Part shown: positions 26,122 through 38,081 of the stretch, piece after piece | Layout: every line of letters starts with the position of its first letter | Numbering within the stretch: position 1 is the first letter of the stretch | Origin: Chiloscyllium plagiosum | Taxonomy: Eukaryota | Length of the DNA stretch: 64,000 nt | Direction: 5' to 3' | Assembly: GCF_004010195.1 (NCBI RefSeq) | Contig: NC_057718.1 | Span: 25,614,670-25,678,669 of the forward strand | Notes under the pieces: model-generated | What the model saw: only the letters and a program-made list of their open reading frames with translations | What the model was told of the DNA's origin: nothing | Databases searched by the model: none | Program-made: the position numbers and the translations under genes

Positions 26122-26239
26122 AACAAAAACTTCCAGCTCGGCGAACAGAACCACAACAATGAGCACCCGAGCTACAAATCTTCGCACAAACTTTGAATAT
26201 TCATCAATGTCAAAGAATTTAGTTCTGGGTTAAAAGAGT

Positions 26240-26895
26240 AACTCGAGACAAAATAGGGCCTCTTAAATATCAATGAGGCAATTGATGTGTGGAACTAAGA
26301 CCCTAAACAAATTTTTCACTCCAGAACTTACTGTGGAGAAAAACTGGGGAATTCAGGGAACAAGAGTAATACGTTAGACCACAATTGGAGTTCCAGTCTA
26401 CCTGCTATAGGAATGATGTTGTGAAACTTGCAAGTGCTCAGCAAAGATTTACAAGATGTTGCCAGGGTTGTTGCTGAATAAGCTGGGGTTATTTTCCCTA
26501 TAGCATCGGAGACTGAGGGGTGACCTGACAGAGGTTTATATAAACATGAGGAGTATGGATTGGGTAAACATTCAAGGTCTTTCCTCAGGGGTTGGGGAGT
26601 CCAAACCTCGAGGGCATAAGTTTAAGTTTAGCGGGGAAAGGTTTAAAAGGGATTGAAGGGACAGCTTTTTCATGCATATGGTGATGCATGTATTAGAATG
26701 AGCTGAGAGAGAAAGTAACGGATACTGATACTATGACAACATTTAAAAGATATCTGGATGGGTATGTGAATTGTAATGGTTTAGAGCTACATGGGCCAAA
26801 TGCTGGTAAATGGAATGGATTTATTTAGATCTTCTGGTCAGCATGGACGAGTTGGACCGAAGGGTCTGTTTCCATGCTGTACATCTCTATGACTT
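26240..26895 (+). mobile_element. Internally deleted CR1 fragment with 3' end
   Basis: Similar to 13890-13990, then 15110-15940; ends CATCTCTATGACT. Confidence 0.85.
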
Positions 26896-28444
26896 GAAAA
26901 GAATACAGACTCCTAAGGTTATGAAAAGCTCTATATCCCGATAAAAATGCAGGTTTGTCATTTTTTCTAGCTTTGGAACTAATTCTGAAGCCTATAAACT
27001 CAGTCTAATAGGATTCTTACAAACTGTCAAGTTTTCGACATGCTAACTGCTGGAGCGTGAGATTTACATGTTAAGAAGAAGGTGGAAAGGGATCAAATTA
27101 TTCTTAGCACAAAAATGTGGGTTAAGTGGAAATCCACATTTTCACCTGTTAATTTGCAATATCAGAAACAGGTTTACTTGCTCTGTGCTTTCTAGAAGCT
27201 TTTGATGTGTTTCAAAACAGCATTAAGTAGCCAGTTGGAAAACGCCTGCAAGATAACTGATGACCTAGCCAAACAGTTCTTTTACCTGAATAAATACACG
27301 GAATGTCTCGTATTCTTGCAGGAGCACAAGAGTTAGAGCAAAATGCATTAAATAAGGAGCTCCTGCTCCCAATGTCTTGTCTTCAAAACTATATATTCAT
27401 TGCTGTGAACTGAAGAGATATTTGGTTTCAGGTAGAAAACTCCCTTTAGCCAAGTAGTTTCCTAATGATCATAATGGCTCACCCTCACACAAAGGAGCTG
27501 GATTTTTGATGTGGGACTATTGAGAGTTTAGCATGGTGTTACTGTTCCCTAGTGCCTTCAACAGTGGAAGAGGTGAAATGTGGATAATACTTAAATAAAT
27601 AAAACAAAAATATTGATATAATAATTATGTATTTTTTAAAAAACGGATTTAGAAATTACTTACCCGACAATGGTAATACAGTATCCTTTTTTTTTGAATG
27701 GTGTCTTTGCATTTAAAAACATCCTCAACTATTTTGCAACTTCACAGATATGGCATGGATGTCAAAACACTATAATGTGATTCCTCACTTTTAATTGGTG
27801 TCACAGATTGTTCTGTTTCCGACACTTCCCGCTGTGTCATGTGTTATTTATTTACTTTATTCTTTGGCATAGAGCTCTGTTGGCAAATAGCACTGTTCCA
27901 GTTTTAAAGAGGTAGTAGTTATATTGTTGATTCAACCTGGCTATCTAATTAAAAACCTTGGCAGCCAACTGCAGAGGGATTAATATTTTCCTGCATCTTC
28001 AAGCTGGGTGTACTTCATTTTATTGTAACTTTGCAGAATATTTGCATGCGCAAATGTGAACAGAATAGAAATTTAGATTAGATAATGACTCCTTAAGTGA
28101 GATATGAATCCTCTCTATTTCATCATTTTTCTCTTGGGTAATGTGCCTCCTGTCTAGTTGCCAGCATAGAAAACTGGAAAAAGCTGAGTATCAGTTAAAA
28201 ATGGGAAAGTTTGTAGGGTCAGGGGAGAGGATGAAGGGGTTGATTGCTGCAAAGGGGAATGTGAAGTCTTTGGTACCTTTGTGTCCCCTGGAATTTATAT
28301 GCACTCCCACTGGCTCAATTCCAAATGAAGTAAGGGAGTTTCTGTCTCTTGCTGCAGAGGTCCATGATCTGCTCTGAGCCCCTACTAAAATATTTATTTT
28401 GATGACATGTCATTCCTGATATAATGCCACCTGTTATTACACTA

Positions 28445-29331
28445 TTCACCACAAAGGTATACAGGAAAGCCACACACACAGACCAAGTTCTGAACTATGA
28501 AAGCAACCACCCTAACACACACAAAAGAAGTTGCATTCAAAAGGGCCACAACCCACTGCAGCACACCAGAACTGCAAAAAGAGGAAGAAGAACACCTCTA
28601 CAATGTATTCGCCAAAAACGGATACCCGCGCAATTTCATCAACAGATGCCTAAGGGGAAGACAACAGAATGAGGACATGCCACAACCCAAAGGACTAGCC
28701 ACGTTACCATACATCAAGAACATTTCTGAACTGACAGCCAGACTACTACGACCACGAGGACTCATAACAGCACACAAACCAACAGCCACTCTCAGACAAC
28801 TCACCAGGACAAAGGACCCGATACCCAGCATGAGCAAAACCAAGGTAGTGTATAAAACCCCATGCAAGGACTGCACAAAACACTACATAGGACAAACAGG
28901 AAGACAGCTAACGATCCGTATCCATGAACACCAACTAGCCACGAAACGACACGACCAGCTATCCTTAGTAGCCATACACGCAGATTACAGGCAATATGAG
29001 TTCGACTGGGAGAACACTACTATTATAGGACAAGCCAAACAGAGAACAGCCAGGGAATTCTGCAAGGCATGGCACTCATCCACAGATTCTATCAACAAAC
29101 ACATCGACCTGGACCCAATATACCAGCCACTGCTGCGGACAGCCGGAAGCGGCAGAGACAAATCACTATAAATACCGGAGGAAACAACACAGAAGCACTT
29201 CACAGGAGGCCCACAAGCACTGAGGATGTCACCTAGACAGGGGACGAAACGTCTGCAACACATATTCCCAGCTCGGCGAGCAGAACCACAACAATGAGCA
29301 CCCGAGCTGCAAATTTTCTCATCAGCTTTGA
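28445..29331 (+). mobile_element. 5'-truncated Penelope-like element (RT thumb, GIY-YIG endonuclease, pLTR)
   Basis: FTTKVYRKATHTDQVLNYESNHP, then a frameshift into ORF 28497-29171 (NGYP, LPYIKNISE, VVYKTPCKDCTKHYIGQTGR...RIHEH, AWHS). TATAAATA at 29167; possible TSD ACACTA at 28439-28444 and 29332-29337. Confidence 0.95.
29217..29256 (+). ncRNA. Minimal hammerhead ribozyme motif in the PLE pLTR
   Basis: GCA-CTGAGGA-T-GTCACCT(AGAC)AGGGGAC-GAAA-CGTC-TGC; canonical GUC cleavage triplet. Confidence 0.8.
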
Positions 29332-32300
29332 ACACTAGTCCCACTCATAGCATGGGCATGGGGACCTCCAGCATGCACAATATGTCCAGCCCAGTCCCAA
29401 ATTCTTTTCTGATTTAGACTTTGGAAAGAGTGTGTGGAACCTGCTCCCCCTAGGGAACTTTGGTGCGAGAGAAGATTTAAGATATACTGGATCTTGCGCA
29501 ATGCTGGTGCCATTTTGGTGCTTTTATATGGAATGTATATTGTGAATATATCTGAGCAACCATGATTTTCAGTTGCTACACTTTAAATGGTCAGCATATA
29601 TAACATTCCTTCAGTTGCATTGATGGAATTAAAAATGTAAATCAGAAAAAAAATTCCAAATATTGAAGGGACAAAATTGGTGCTATATTTATGAGAGGCA
29701 TCTGGGGAGCCTATAAAATAATTTTAGCATTTTACAACAGCAGTTAATGCAGCAGCAATAATGTGATGATATACTTGTTGAAATCATTGACTGGCCGTAG
29801 CTATAGAAAGCACATTTAAAATGGAGATACTATGCAATATTGATTCACCAGGATAATGATCAGCATGGGAAACTGTAATTGCAAGAAGGAACTGGCATTC
29901 TTCACCCCCTCTGTCATCAGTGCAGCTTGGCAGTCTTCCCACCCTCCAACAGTTAGGATGCTACTTTCCCTCTCTTTACTCAAACAAGCTGATGCTCAAG
30001 ACCAAAGTTGCAACACAAGTAACGTCCTGTAGTTGCTTGCATTAGAAGCTGGAACCCAGGGTATCTCTATCCTGGCCAGAGTTGTGGAATTGTTTCACCC
30101 ATTGTGTTGGGAATGCACTCAATGGCGAGTAGATTGTCTTGCTTTGCCAATTATTTCTTGTAGTTTATGGGAGTGTAAGCAATTGAAGAGATTTCCCAGT
30201 ACAGAAACATTTGAAGATTACTGCTTCATTGTATGTCTATGTTACGGTGAGGTGGGTGGGGTGAGGAGATAACATTAGTTTACTCCCTGCGATGTAGCAA
30301 GGTTGAAGCACCTCTGTGCACATGGTTTTATTTTCTATTGCAGAAACAAATTGAAAATAAATCACAACATTTTTGTCTCAATTTGAAATGTTTGAGAACA
30401 CTTCATGCAATGCATTATTACTGTTGCAGTATTATTGAAGATAAAATACAAGTACAGATGCAACATTTTCAGTATTAATATCTTACATGGCCTTAACTGA
30501 TCACGATCATAAAGTTTCATTTTGTTTGAAATGTGCAGGACTCAATTTTTAACATTCGTGACATCTGCGCTGGACAGTCAGATGCTTATCTTACATTGCA
30601 TAAAATATAATACTTTATAGGTCTAATAATAGCAGAGGGAGAGGCCCTAGTCGACCAACCTCAGAAATGTATGTGGAATTTGAATTGTCCATAACCATCA
30701 TCTTTCTGAGGGAGATTATCAAGTTAATGTTGATTCTGTTGCACTGGATGCAGCATTGTGCTGTAGTTCCTAATCATTGCCATCTGCGTTGAGATAGCAC
30801 AGATTCTCCCTACGTGGAATGCTTGCAGGTCAAAAAGTGGAGAGCACCACCTTCTCAGTTTTGCAGGTGCCACTGGAAAAATGGCAGTTTTCTAATTCAA
30901 TTCCTACAGTTTCTTGGAAAAATGGAATCAAGTGGGGTGCCATTCTTATATCCAGAAAAGTGTCAGGGAAATTTGTTGGAACCCCATTGTCATCGGAGAG
31001 GTTTGTATTTTTTCTATCCTATTCAACAGATGGAAAACTGCAGACAGTGATTCTCTGATTTCCCACTTTTCTACCTGCTGTATGAGTAAATCCACTGATG
31101 GCATGGGATCTTGCAAAATATTGGCAAAAATTCTATCCTATTAGAATACGCTAAACTAATCCCACTTGCGTTTATTTAGAGATTCAAGATTTTTTGAATA
31201 AATTCATTGAGCATTTTCAATTTGAAATATTGAATGGAACACTGCCAAAAAAATCAATGAATCTCAAAATGTCTCTGGGCAAAGTAGCAGGTGGGAGTCA
31301 AAGCCAGTGTCTAATTAAATACCATCCATAGATTAAAGACAGGGGACACATAAGAATGTCTGTTAGTTATGTTTAGCTTTATTAGGGGAGAATTTATTCA
31401 ACTTTCCTTTCTTTGATTGTTTGTTTCACTTGCTCCTACACAGTCTACCTCTGCTGAAAATTGCCCTCATAAGCAAGAGGCTTCAAAAACTCAGCATTTA
31501 AAGATTCTTGCCTTGCAGTCCTGCGTTCCCCCTCTCCTCTTCCCCTCAGCCCCAACTCCGGCAAATGCCACAAGCAGATCTTTTTGATTCTGCACTCAGC
31601 ACAGCTGATCATGTGAACTGAACATTCGGGGAGAATGTAGTGGACCTTGTGAGAGAGGGAAACGTGACGTGTGGGTGACTGATTTTGGAGGGAGACAAAA
31701 TGTTGATTTCCTGGTGGCTGGTTGAGATACAAGGATGAAGCCAGTGATTTGTTTGCTGTGCATTGGGCCTTATGCTGTCCTGTGATTGGTTCATATTTAT
31801 TATATGCTTGCACGCCATGAATATACAATGGTGTAAAACTTGTTGAAATCGTGTCCTACTTTGAAGTCAGTGTCAATGTGGTATATGGATCCCTGGCATA
31901 TACCAGTCATCATTGTGATTGTATGTTTGTTGGACTCTGTGGCACCAGGAGGGGAGCAGAAGAATGACAGCTTGCATGAAGACTCCAAACCAGAATGCGG
32001 CAAATCAAATTTGAAGGATAGGCATTGAATGTTGGAACGTGGATGAATGGGAGAGGGATTCAAAAAAGGACAGAGGGCAAGGTCTGGGGAATGGGCAAAA
32101 ATGAAGTGGGAAGGGAGTGGTATCCTGAATGTGATGACAAAATGGTGGTGTCACTTGGTCACAGTATGAAATGAGGGGCCCAAAAGGAAGAATGGGCACT
32201 ATCCACATGTGGGTTGATTTCAGGGGGTAGGCAGGCAGAGTCCTTATGGGGCTTGAATTAATCTACAAAAATCTAAAGCATCCTCTGGGAAAGTGATAGT

Positions 32301-33789
32301 GGAAAATGTCCTTTACAACATATGGAAAAGAAGGTCAGTTGAGCAAGTTCAGGCAGACCCATCTGTAAAATAGTATAACACCAGACAAATATAAACATTC
32401 AACAAAGAATGATGAAGAAAACAATTGTTTCTTCACAACAAAATGCACTGTCCCTAATTTCCCTGTAACCATCCATACCTAGTAATCATGTGGTGTGCTA
32501 GTATATATAGCTCTCTGACCAAGGTGGCCTGAATAACATTCATGTACACATAAATGAGGTGAAACCAATGGTGTTTACAAGTGAGATTTAAATTTGAAAT
32601 GCAATCATGCCACCTTTGTGTTCTCATGTTAATAGCAATGGAGTTGAACAGGAAAGTTTTAGTCATGATACATAGCCTCACTTCCTTGACCAGGAAAGCC
32701 CTTTTATAGTATATAAAAAACACAGAAAATGCTGGAGAAACTCAGCTGATCTGCAGCATTTGTGAAGAGAGAAGTGGTGTTGACATTTCAAGTGTGTCCT
32801 GTACACACCATTGGCACAAATTGTCATCATGTAGGAAGTGGTATTAAAGGAAGAGAGTGGAAACAGCTTGCGCTTTTGGTTCTGGCATTGGGAACAGTAT
32901 GTCACTGACAAAGCTATTTAGTGGCACCTGGTGGAGCAGGTTGGATGGTGAGCGGATGGAGAGAATTACACAGCAGGTTGCAGGTCTGATTCCTGGCAGC
33001 AGGCAAAACTGTTCCATGTTTAGTGAATGGAGGGAAGGGCCCAGTGTAAGAGATCCATTATTGTAAAACCAATTATCTCGGAGCCCACTGAGATTTAGTG
33101 GTAGCTCAAAAGGTATGCATGGCTTGCTCTCATCTCTCAACCCTATTGAGTTTGCTTGTGACCAAGCAAGAGGTGTCTCTCATTCACAGACCCACAATGA
33201 AGCCACCTGGTCACTGGAAGGCAGTGCCCGCAGAAAACTGCACCACTTGGCCTTCCATTGCAATCTGCTCTCAGTCCTCTCACTGACATTCCTTCCTCAA
33301 ACTTCCTATCCTGCACACCTAATCCCTCTCTAGGGAACCTGGAGGAGAGAGCTCTGCCATGTGGGAAGTACCTAGCGTTCTGGGTGACGCTGTCAGAACT
33401 GGAGGTCTGTCACTCTTAAGTAACTGGCGGCATTTGGGAGCGGGATTTCCATTGCTCATGGGACTTATCCTCAGAGCATCACAGTAAGTCCCTGCTTACC
33501 TTATAATTGTGCCAGGCCTCATGGAGAGAAGAGACATGTGTTCCCACTGGTTTTCAAATGGGACCCCATCACCAGTTTTAAATTCCACTCAAATGACTCC
33601 ATCCAGTTGCTTAGTTATGGCTATTAATGTGATTAGGCTGAGGCTGAATAATTTTAGATAGGCTTTTAGTAACCAGCGCTTATTACAAAGAGACAGTACT
33701 CTTTTAAAGTAGATCAATAATATTGCTCACTTTAATGAGGACAGGGCTGCTTCTCATTGTTTTCAAGGTCAGTTAAGATCATATAAAGG

Positions 33790-34135
33790 ATCTCATAGAA
33801 CACTGAACACAGAACTGTATAGCACAGAAATGGGCCCTTTGGCCCAAATTGTTGTGTTGAACATGATGCCAAATGTAACTAATGCCTTCTGCCTGCTCTT
33901 TGGTCCATATCCCTCCATTTCTTGCATATTCATCTAAAATTCCCATAACAGATCCTATCATATCTGTCTCCACCACCACTCATGACAGTGTATTCCAGTC
34001 TCTTGCCACTCACATCTCTTTTGACCTTTCCCCCTTTCACCTTAAATGCATGCCCCGTAGTTTTAGACATTTCAACTCTGGGGGAAAAACATTCTGACCA
34101 TCAACCCTATCTATGCATCTCATAATTTTATACAT
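33790..34135 (-). mobile_element. CR1 3' end fragment
   Basis: CATAGAAC...AGCACAGAAATGGGCCCTTTGGCCC tail; ACCCTATCTATGC. Confidence 0.8.
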
Positions 34136-34335
34136 CTTTGCCACTCTAGAAGTGCCCCATAATCATCTTGAGAACACAATGAAAGTGCTTCATTGTAAAA
34201 CACTTTGTGGTTGTGAAAGGCACATAACGTTGAGAGTTCTGTTTGGATGTGAGGGACAAATTTTCCCCTGTAAAGGTGGATGGAAACATTGTATGAATTC
34301 ATGGGCACAAACAAACTTACTTTTTATTGCTATGT

Positions 34336-34927
34336 CATAAGACCATAAGACCATAAGACATAGGAGCGGAAGTAAGGCCATTCGGCCCATCGAGTCCACT
34401 CCGCCATTCAATCATGGCTGATGGGCACCCCAACTCCACTTACCCGCATTCTCCCCGTAGCCCTTAATTCCTTGTGACATCAAGAATTTATCAATTTCTG
34501 TCTTGAAGACATTTAGCGTCCCGGCCTCTACTGCACTCTGCGGCAATGAATTCCACAGGCCCACCACTCTCTGGCTGAAGAAATGTCTCCGCATTACTGT
34601 TCTGAATGTACCCCCTCTAATTCTAAGGCTGTGTCCACGGGTCCTAGTCTCCTCGCCTAACGGAAACAATATCCTAGCATCCACCCTCTCCAAGCCATGT
34701 ATTATCTTGTAAGTTTCTATTAGATCTCCCCTTAATCTTCTAAACTCCAATGAATACAATCCCAGGATCCTCAGCCGTTCCTCATATGTTAGACCTACCA
34801 TTCCAGGGATCATCCGTGTGAATCTCCGCTGGACACGCTCCAGTGCCAGTATGTCCTTCCTGAGGTGTGGGGACCAAACCTGGACACAGTACTCCGAAGG
34901 GGCCTAACCAGAGCTTTATAAAGTCTC
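34336..34927 (-). mobile_element. Young CR1 3' fragment with intact ORF2 C-terminus
   Basis: ORF 34412-34813 (YEERLRILGLYSLEFRRLRGDLIETYK...FFSQRVVGLWNSLP); (CATAAGAC)3 tail; CpGs retained. Confidence 0.93.
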
Positions 34928-35962
34928 ATCTGAGAGTTGGTCCACTGATTTGGCTCCTCAAGACATCTTTTGGTACTTAACTAATTAATTTATATTATGT
35001 GAGAATTATGCTTCCATAAATGAAACAATTTTCAAAGAAAACTTCTTTTTCCTTCTTAATAGGCAAAGCTCTGGAGAGATCTTTAGCAGACTTTAAGCAA
35101 CATCTAATGATGTCACTTTGTTAACTGCAGTTGCATGAAAATCAGTTACAGGGTGGAGCTTGTAACAATGCGAAGCATTTTGTCACTTCACACTCACTAG
35201 CGCGAGGTGCACATGTTGAATTTGTCTGTCACTGCATGATCACTGGAAGAAGCGCTGGCGCAGTGTATCAGTAGATAAGGAAACTTGTAATTTTATGACA
35301 GAAATCCCAACATGCTCCTCAGCCAATTAATTACTTCTGTCATAAAAGCAAATGTAAATTGACTTTTCCATACACTGGGGATCCAGAAACAGACTGTGAG
35401 GCAAATGATAAGTTAGTCCCTTTTCTGTTGGTGTTGCTTGAGGTATGAATATTGTCCAGGACACAAGGAGAACTCTCCAACTTTTCTTTGAACACCAATT
35501 ATGTGATAGGCTCCCAGGTAGCTGAACAGCTTATGGATCTGAATATTTGGGTGGGAAACCATTGGAGCTCTGAAAAAAGATCTCAAGCCCAAAGAAAGTC
35601 AACTAATTTTCTCTCAAGAGTTGTTGTCAGCTGTGGCTCCTGTAACTCAAAGGCTTTATGACTTTGAACCAGCCACCGTGAGCCACCTGCAAGCAAGTGG
35701 AAGTTCTCAGAGAAGGAAGATTGAGGAGCAGCAGATGCTGATAAGCCAAAAGAATAATCTCGGTGAATCCTGTGGACAGGGACCATTGAACTGCCTCCCC
35801 AGACTTTCCCTCTTCTCATGGCACCCTTAGGAACGGCAGAACTTGCACACCATCTCACAGATTTGATGTGATGAAGACACTTCTAGTGATTATCCAGGAT
35901 ACTCATCCACCCATCTCTTTGCCACCCCAACCCATCCAACCCACACTCTCATTTGTGGGTGA

Positions 35963-36085
35963 GGTCAGAAGTCACACGGCACCAGGTTACAATCCAACTA
36001 GTTTACTAGAAATCACAAGCTTTCAGAGTGCTACTCTTTTGACAGGCAAAGTGTCCACCCCAGTCGAAACCAGCACCTCCACATG
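35963..36085. mobile_element. Short inverted PLE-terminus insertion (relative of the 5805-6027 family)
   Basis: Inverted segment 35963-36046 plus direct terminus 36051-36085; TSD ATTTGTGGGTGA at 35951-35962 and 36086-36097. Confidence 0.75.
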
Positions 36086-36164
36086 ATTTGTGGGTGAACA
36101 TGTTTAACTCTGTTCCAAACAGGCTTCAAAAATGTAAAAATCAAGTCTATGAAATGGTATATCA

Positions 36165-36365
36165 GAGAACTGTGGGGGTAGAGTCCACCTGTGTATTTAA
36201 GGCTGAGGTGGATCGATTCTTGATCAATAGGAGAATCAAAGGTGTTGAGAAAAAGGCAGGAAAGTGGATGCATGGAACGTTGTATCAGCCATGATCCTAC
36301 TGAATACCAAAGCAGGCTTGAAGGCCCAAATGGCCCATTTCTGCTCCTATTTCTTATGGGCCTTA
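36165..36365 (+). mobile_element. CR1 3' end fragment
   Basis: VFKAEVDRFLINRRIKG; CTGCTCCTATTTCTTATG tail. Confidence 0.8.
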
Positions 36366-37349
36366 TGATCGGAGTTGTAACATGATTCCAAGGCAGTTCA
36401 ACAGAACACGAATGGAATTTCAGGATCCTAGTTGATCCAAAACACAATATTCCATTCTTTGCTACTGAATCTGTAAGCTCTCACATATAGGTATCGTGCA
36501 GCTAAAAGTCAGAAATATGTTGATTCCTTAGGCCTGAAAAATAATGGCATCCAAATTCCAGAAGAAGAGGTTCAACCACCTACATAAGGCAAAATTCATT
36601 GAGTTTAAAATTCTCTGCCCAAGCTTTTTTTAACAAAAAATGTTTTTAAATAAAATGAGTATTTGTTGCCCAAGCCTGGTTGCTCTGAGGGGTGAGCTCG
36701 GTCATTTCAGAGGTCAGTAAAGAGTTAATTTGTGTGGGACTGGAGATAAGAGGAGGCCAGGTTGGTTCAGTTCAGCAGGTCTCCTTCCCACCCCAAAGAA
36801 TTTGTCTGGCACAGTTTGCTTTTTAATGACAGTGCAGCAGTTCGATAGTCAGTATAGTTTGTTCCAGCATTTTAATTTCTAGATTTCTTTTAGAATAAAC
36901 ATCTTTATCCTTGATTTGAATTTACAGTCTTTGAATTACTCATCTAGTGGCATAATCAGTATATTACCATAGTCATGTAAATTTGTGCACTAGCTCTGAG
37001 ACTAAATATATTAGGAACAATGTGAGGCAGCTACACTCGACAAAAGATGAGTTCTGTTATCTGCTGGAATTGAACCTCTATCTACATGAGCAATATGAGC
37101 TACAGATGTCACCCAGTCACTGTCTGAAGACTTGATGACGATAAAAAAGATTTGTGGGTCACCTCTCACAGAAGCTCTGTCTTAACATGTTCATGAATTA
37201 GTTAAATTCTTGTGTACAGCAGCTGAGAGAAAATTTTGCAAGCTTTGGTATTGCTAGAGGGAAGGGTTCCACCTGTGACCATTCACACACCATGGAATCT
37301 TACATTGGTTACAGCACAGAAGGACAGTTCCCCATATGACTTTCCACCT

Positions 37350-37640
37350 CTAGAACCATAGGTATCTCATTTAAGATTGATACAAGGAGGAATTTATTCT
37401 CCCAGGAATTTGTTCATCTTTGATGCTTCTTCCCACAGGGCGTATAGAGGCTGGTTTTTTAAGTATATTCATGGTTGAAATAAATAGATTTCTGATCAAG
37501 AAGGGAGTCAAGAGTTATGGAACAAGTGGTGAAGTGTTAAGAGAAGGAGTTAAGGTCCTGTCAGAACAGTCATGATCTTGTAAAATGGTGGGTTAGAAAT
37601 GAGGATTGGAACGGCCTATTCCTGATCCTATTTCTTAAGA
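37350..37640 (+). mobile_element. Old CR1 3' end fragment
   Basis: GGAGGAATTTATTCTCCCAG...GGCCTATTCCTGATCCTATTTCTT. Confidence 0.7.
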
Positions 37641-38081
37641 AATAAAGTGGTCATTCAGCTTATGACGTCCGTGCTGGTTTTCTGCAAGAGCATTCTGGCT
37701 AATCCCAATTCCTTGTCCTTTCCCTGTGACCTCACAATTTGCTTCCCTTTGAGAACTGATCTAATTGGCTTTGAAAGGCCCCAGTTGAATCTGCTTGCAC
37801 CACCTCACTTTTAGGCAGTGCAGATATTTTCATGGGGTTCATTAAAAATAAATATTGTTATATTCCTAACAGAGAGATTGAAACTAAGTTAGAATGTAAA
37901 GTTATCAAGTGTTGCCTCCTCAAACCTTTTCATTAACACAGCAGTAGGATCTTCTTACTGCCCACAAGGAATCATAACAATGCTTATTAGTGAGGTGGGA
38001 ATATCAATGTGTTCAATTTTCTAGACTCCTAAATGGTTTTGTTAATTTGGCCATGGAGGAAAGTAATGTTCTGCTGCAAGC

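Larger units (their letters stand above)
25903..26196 (+). mobile_element. Young fold-back PLE pLTR insertion (family of 28445-29331)
   Basis: 102-bp inverted arms 25901-26002 and 26056-26157 with one mismatch seen; TSD ATATTCATCAATGT at 25889-25902 and 26197-26210. Confidence 0.92.
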
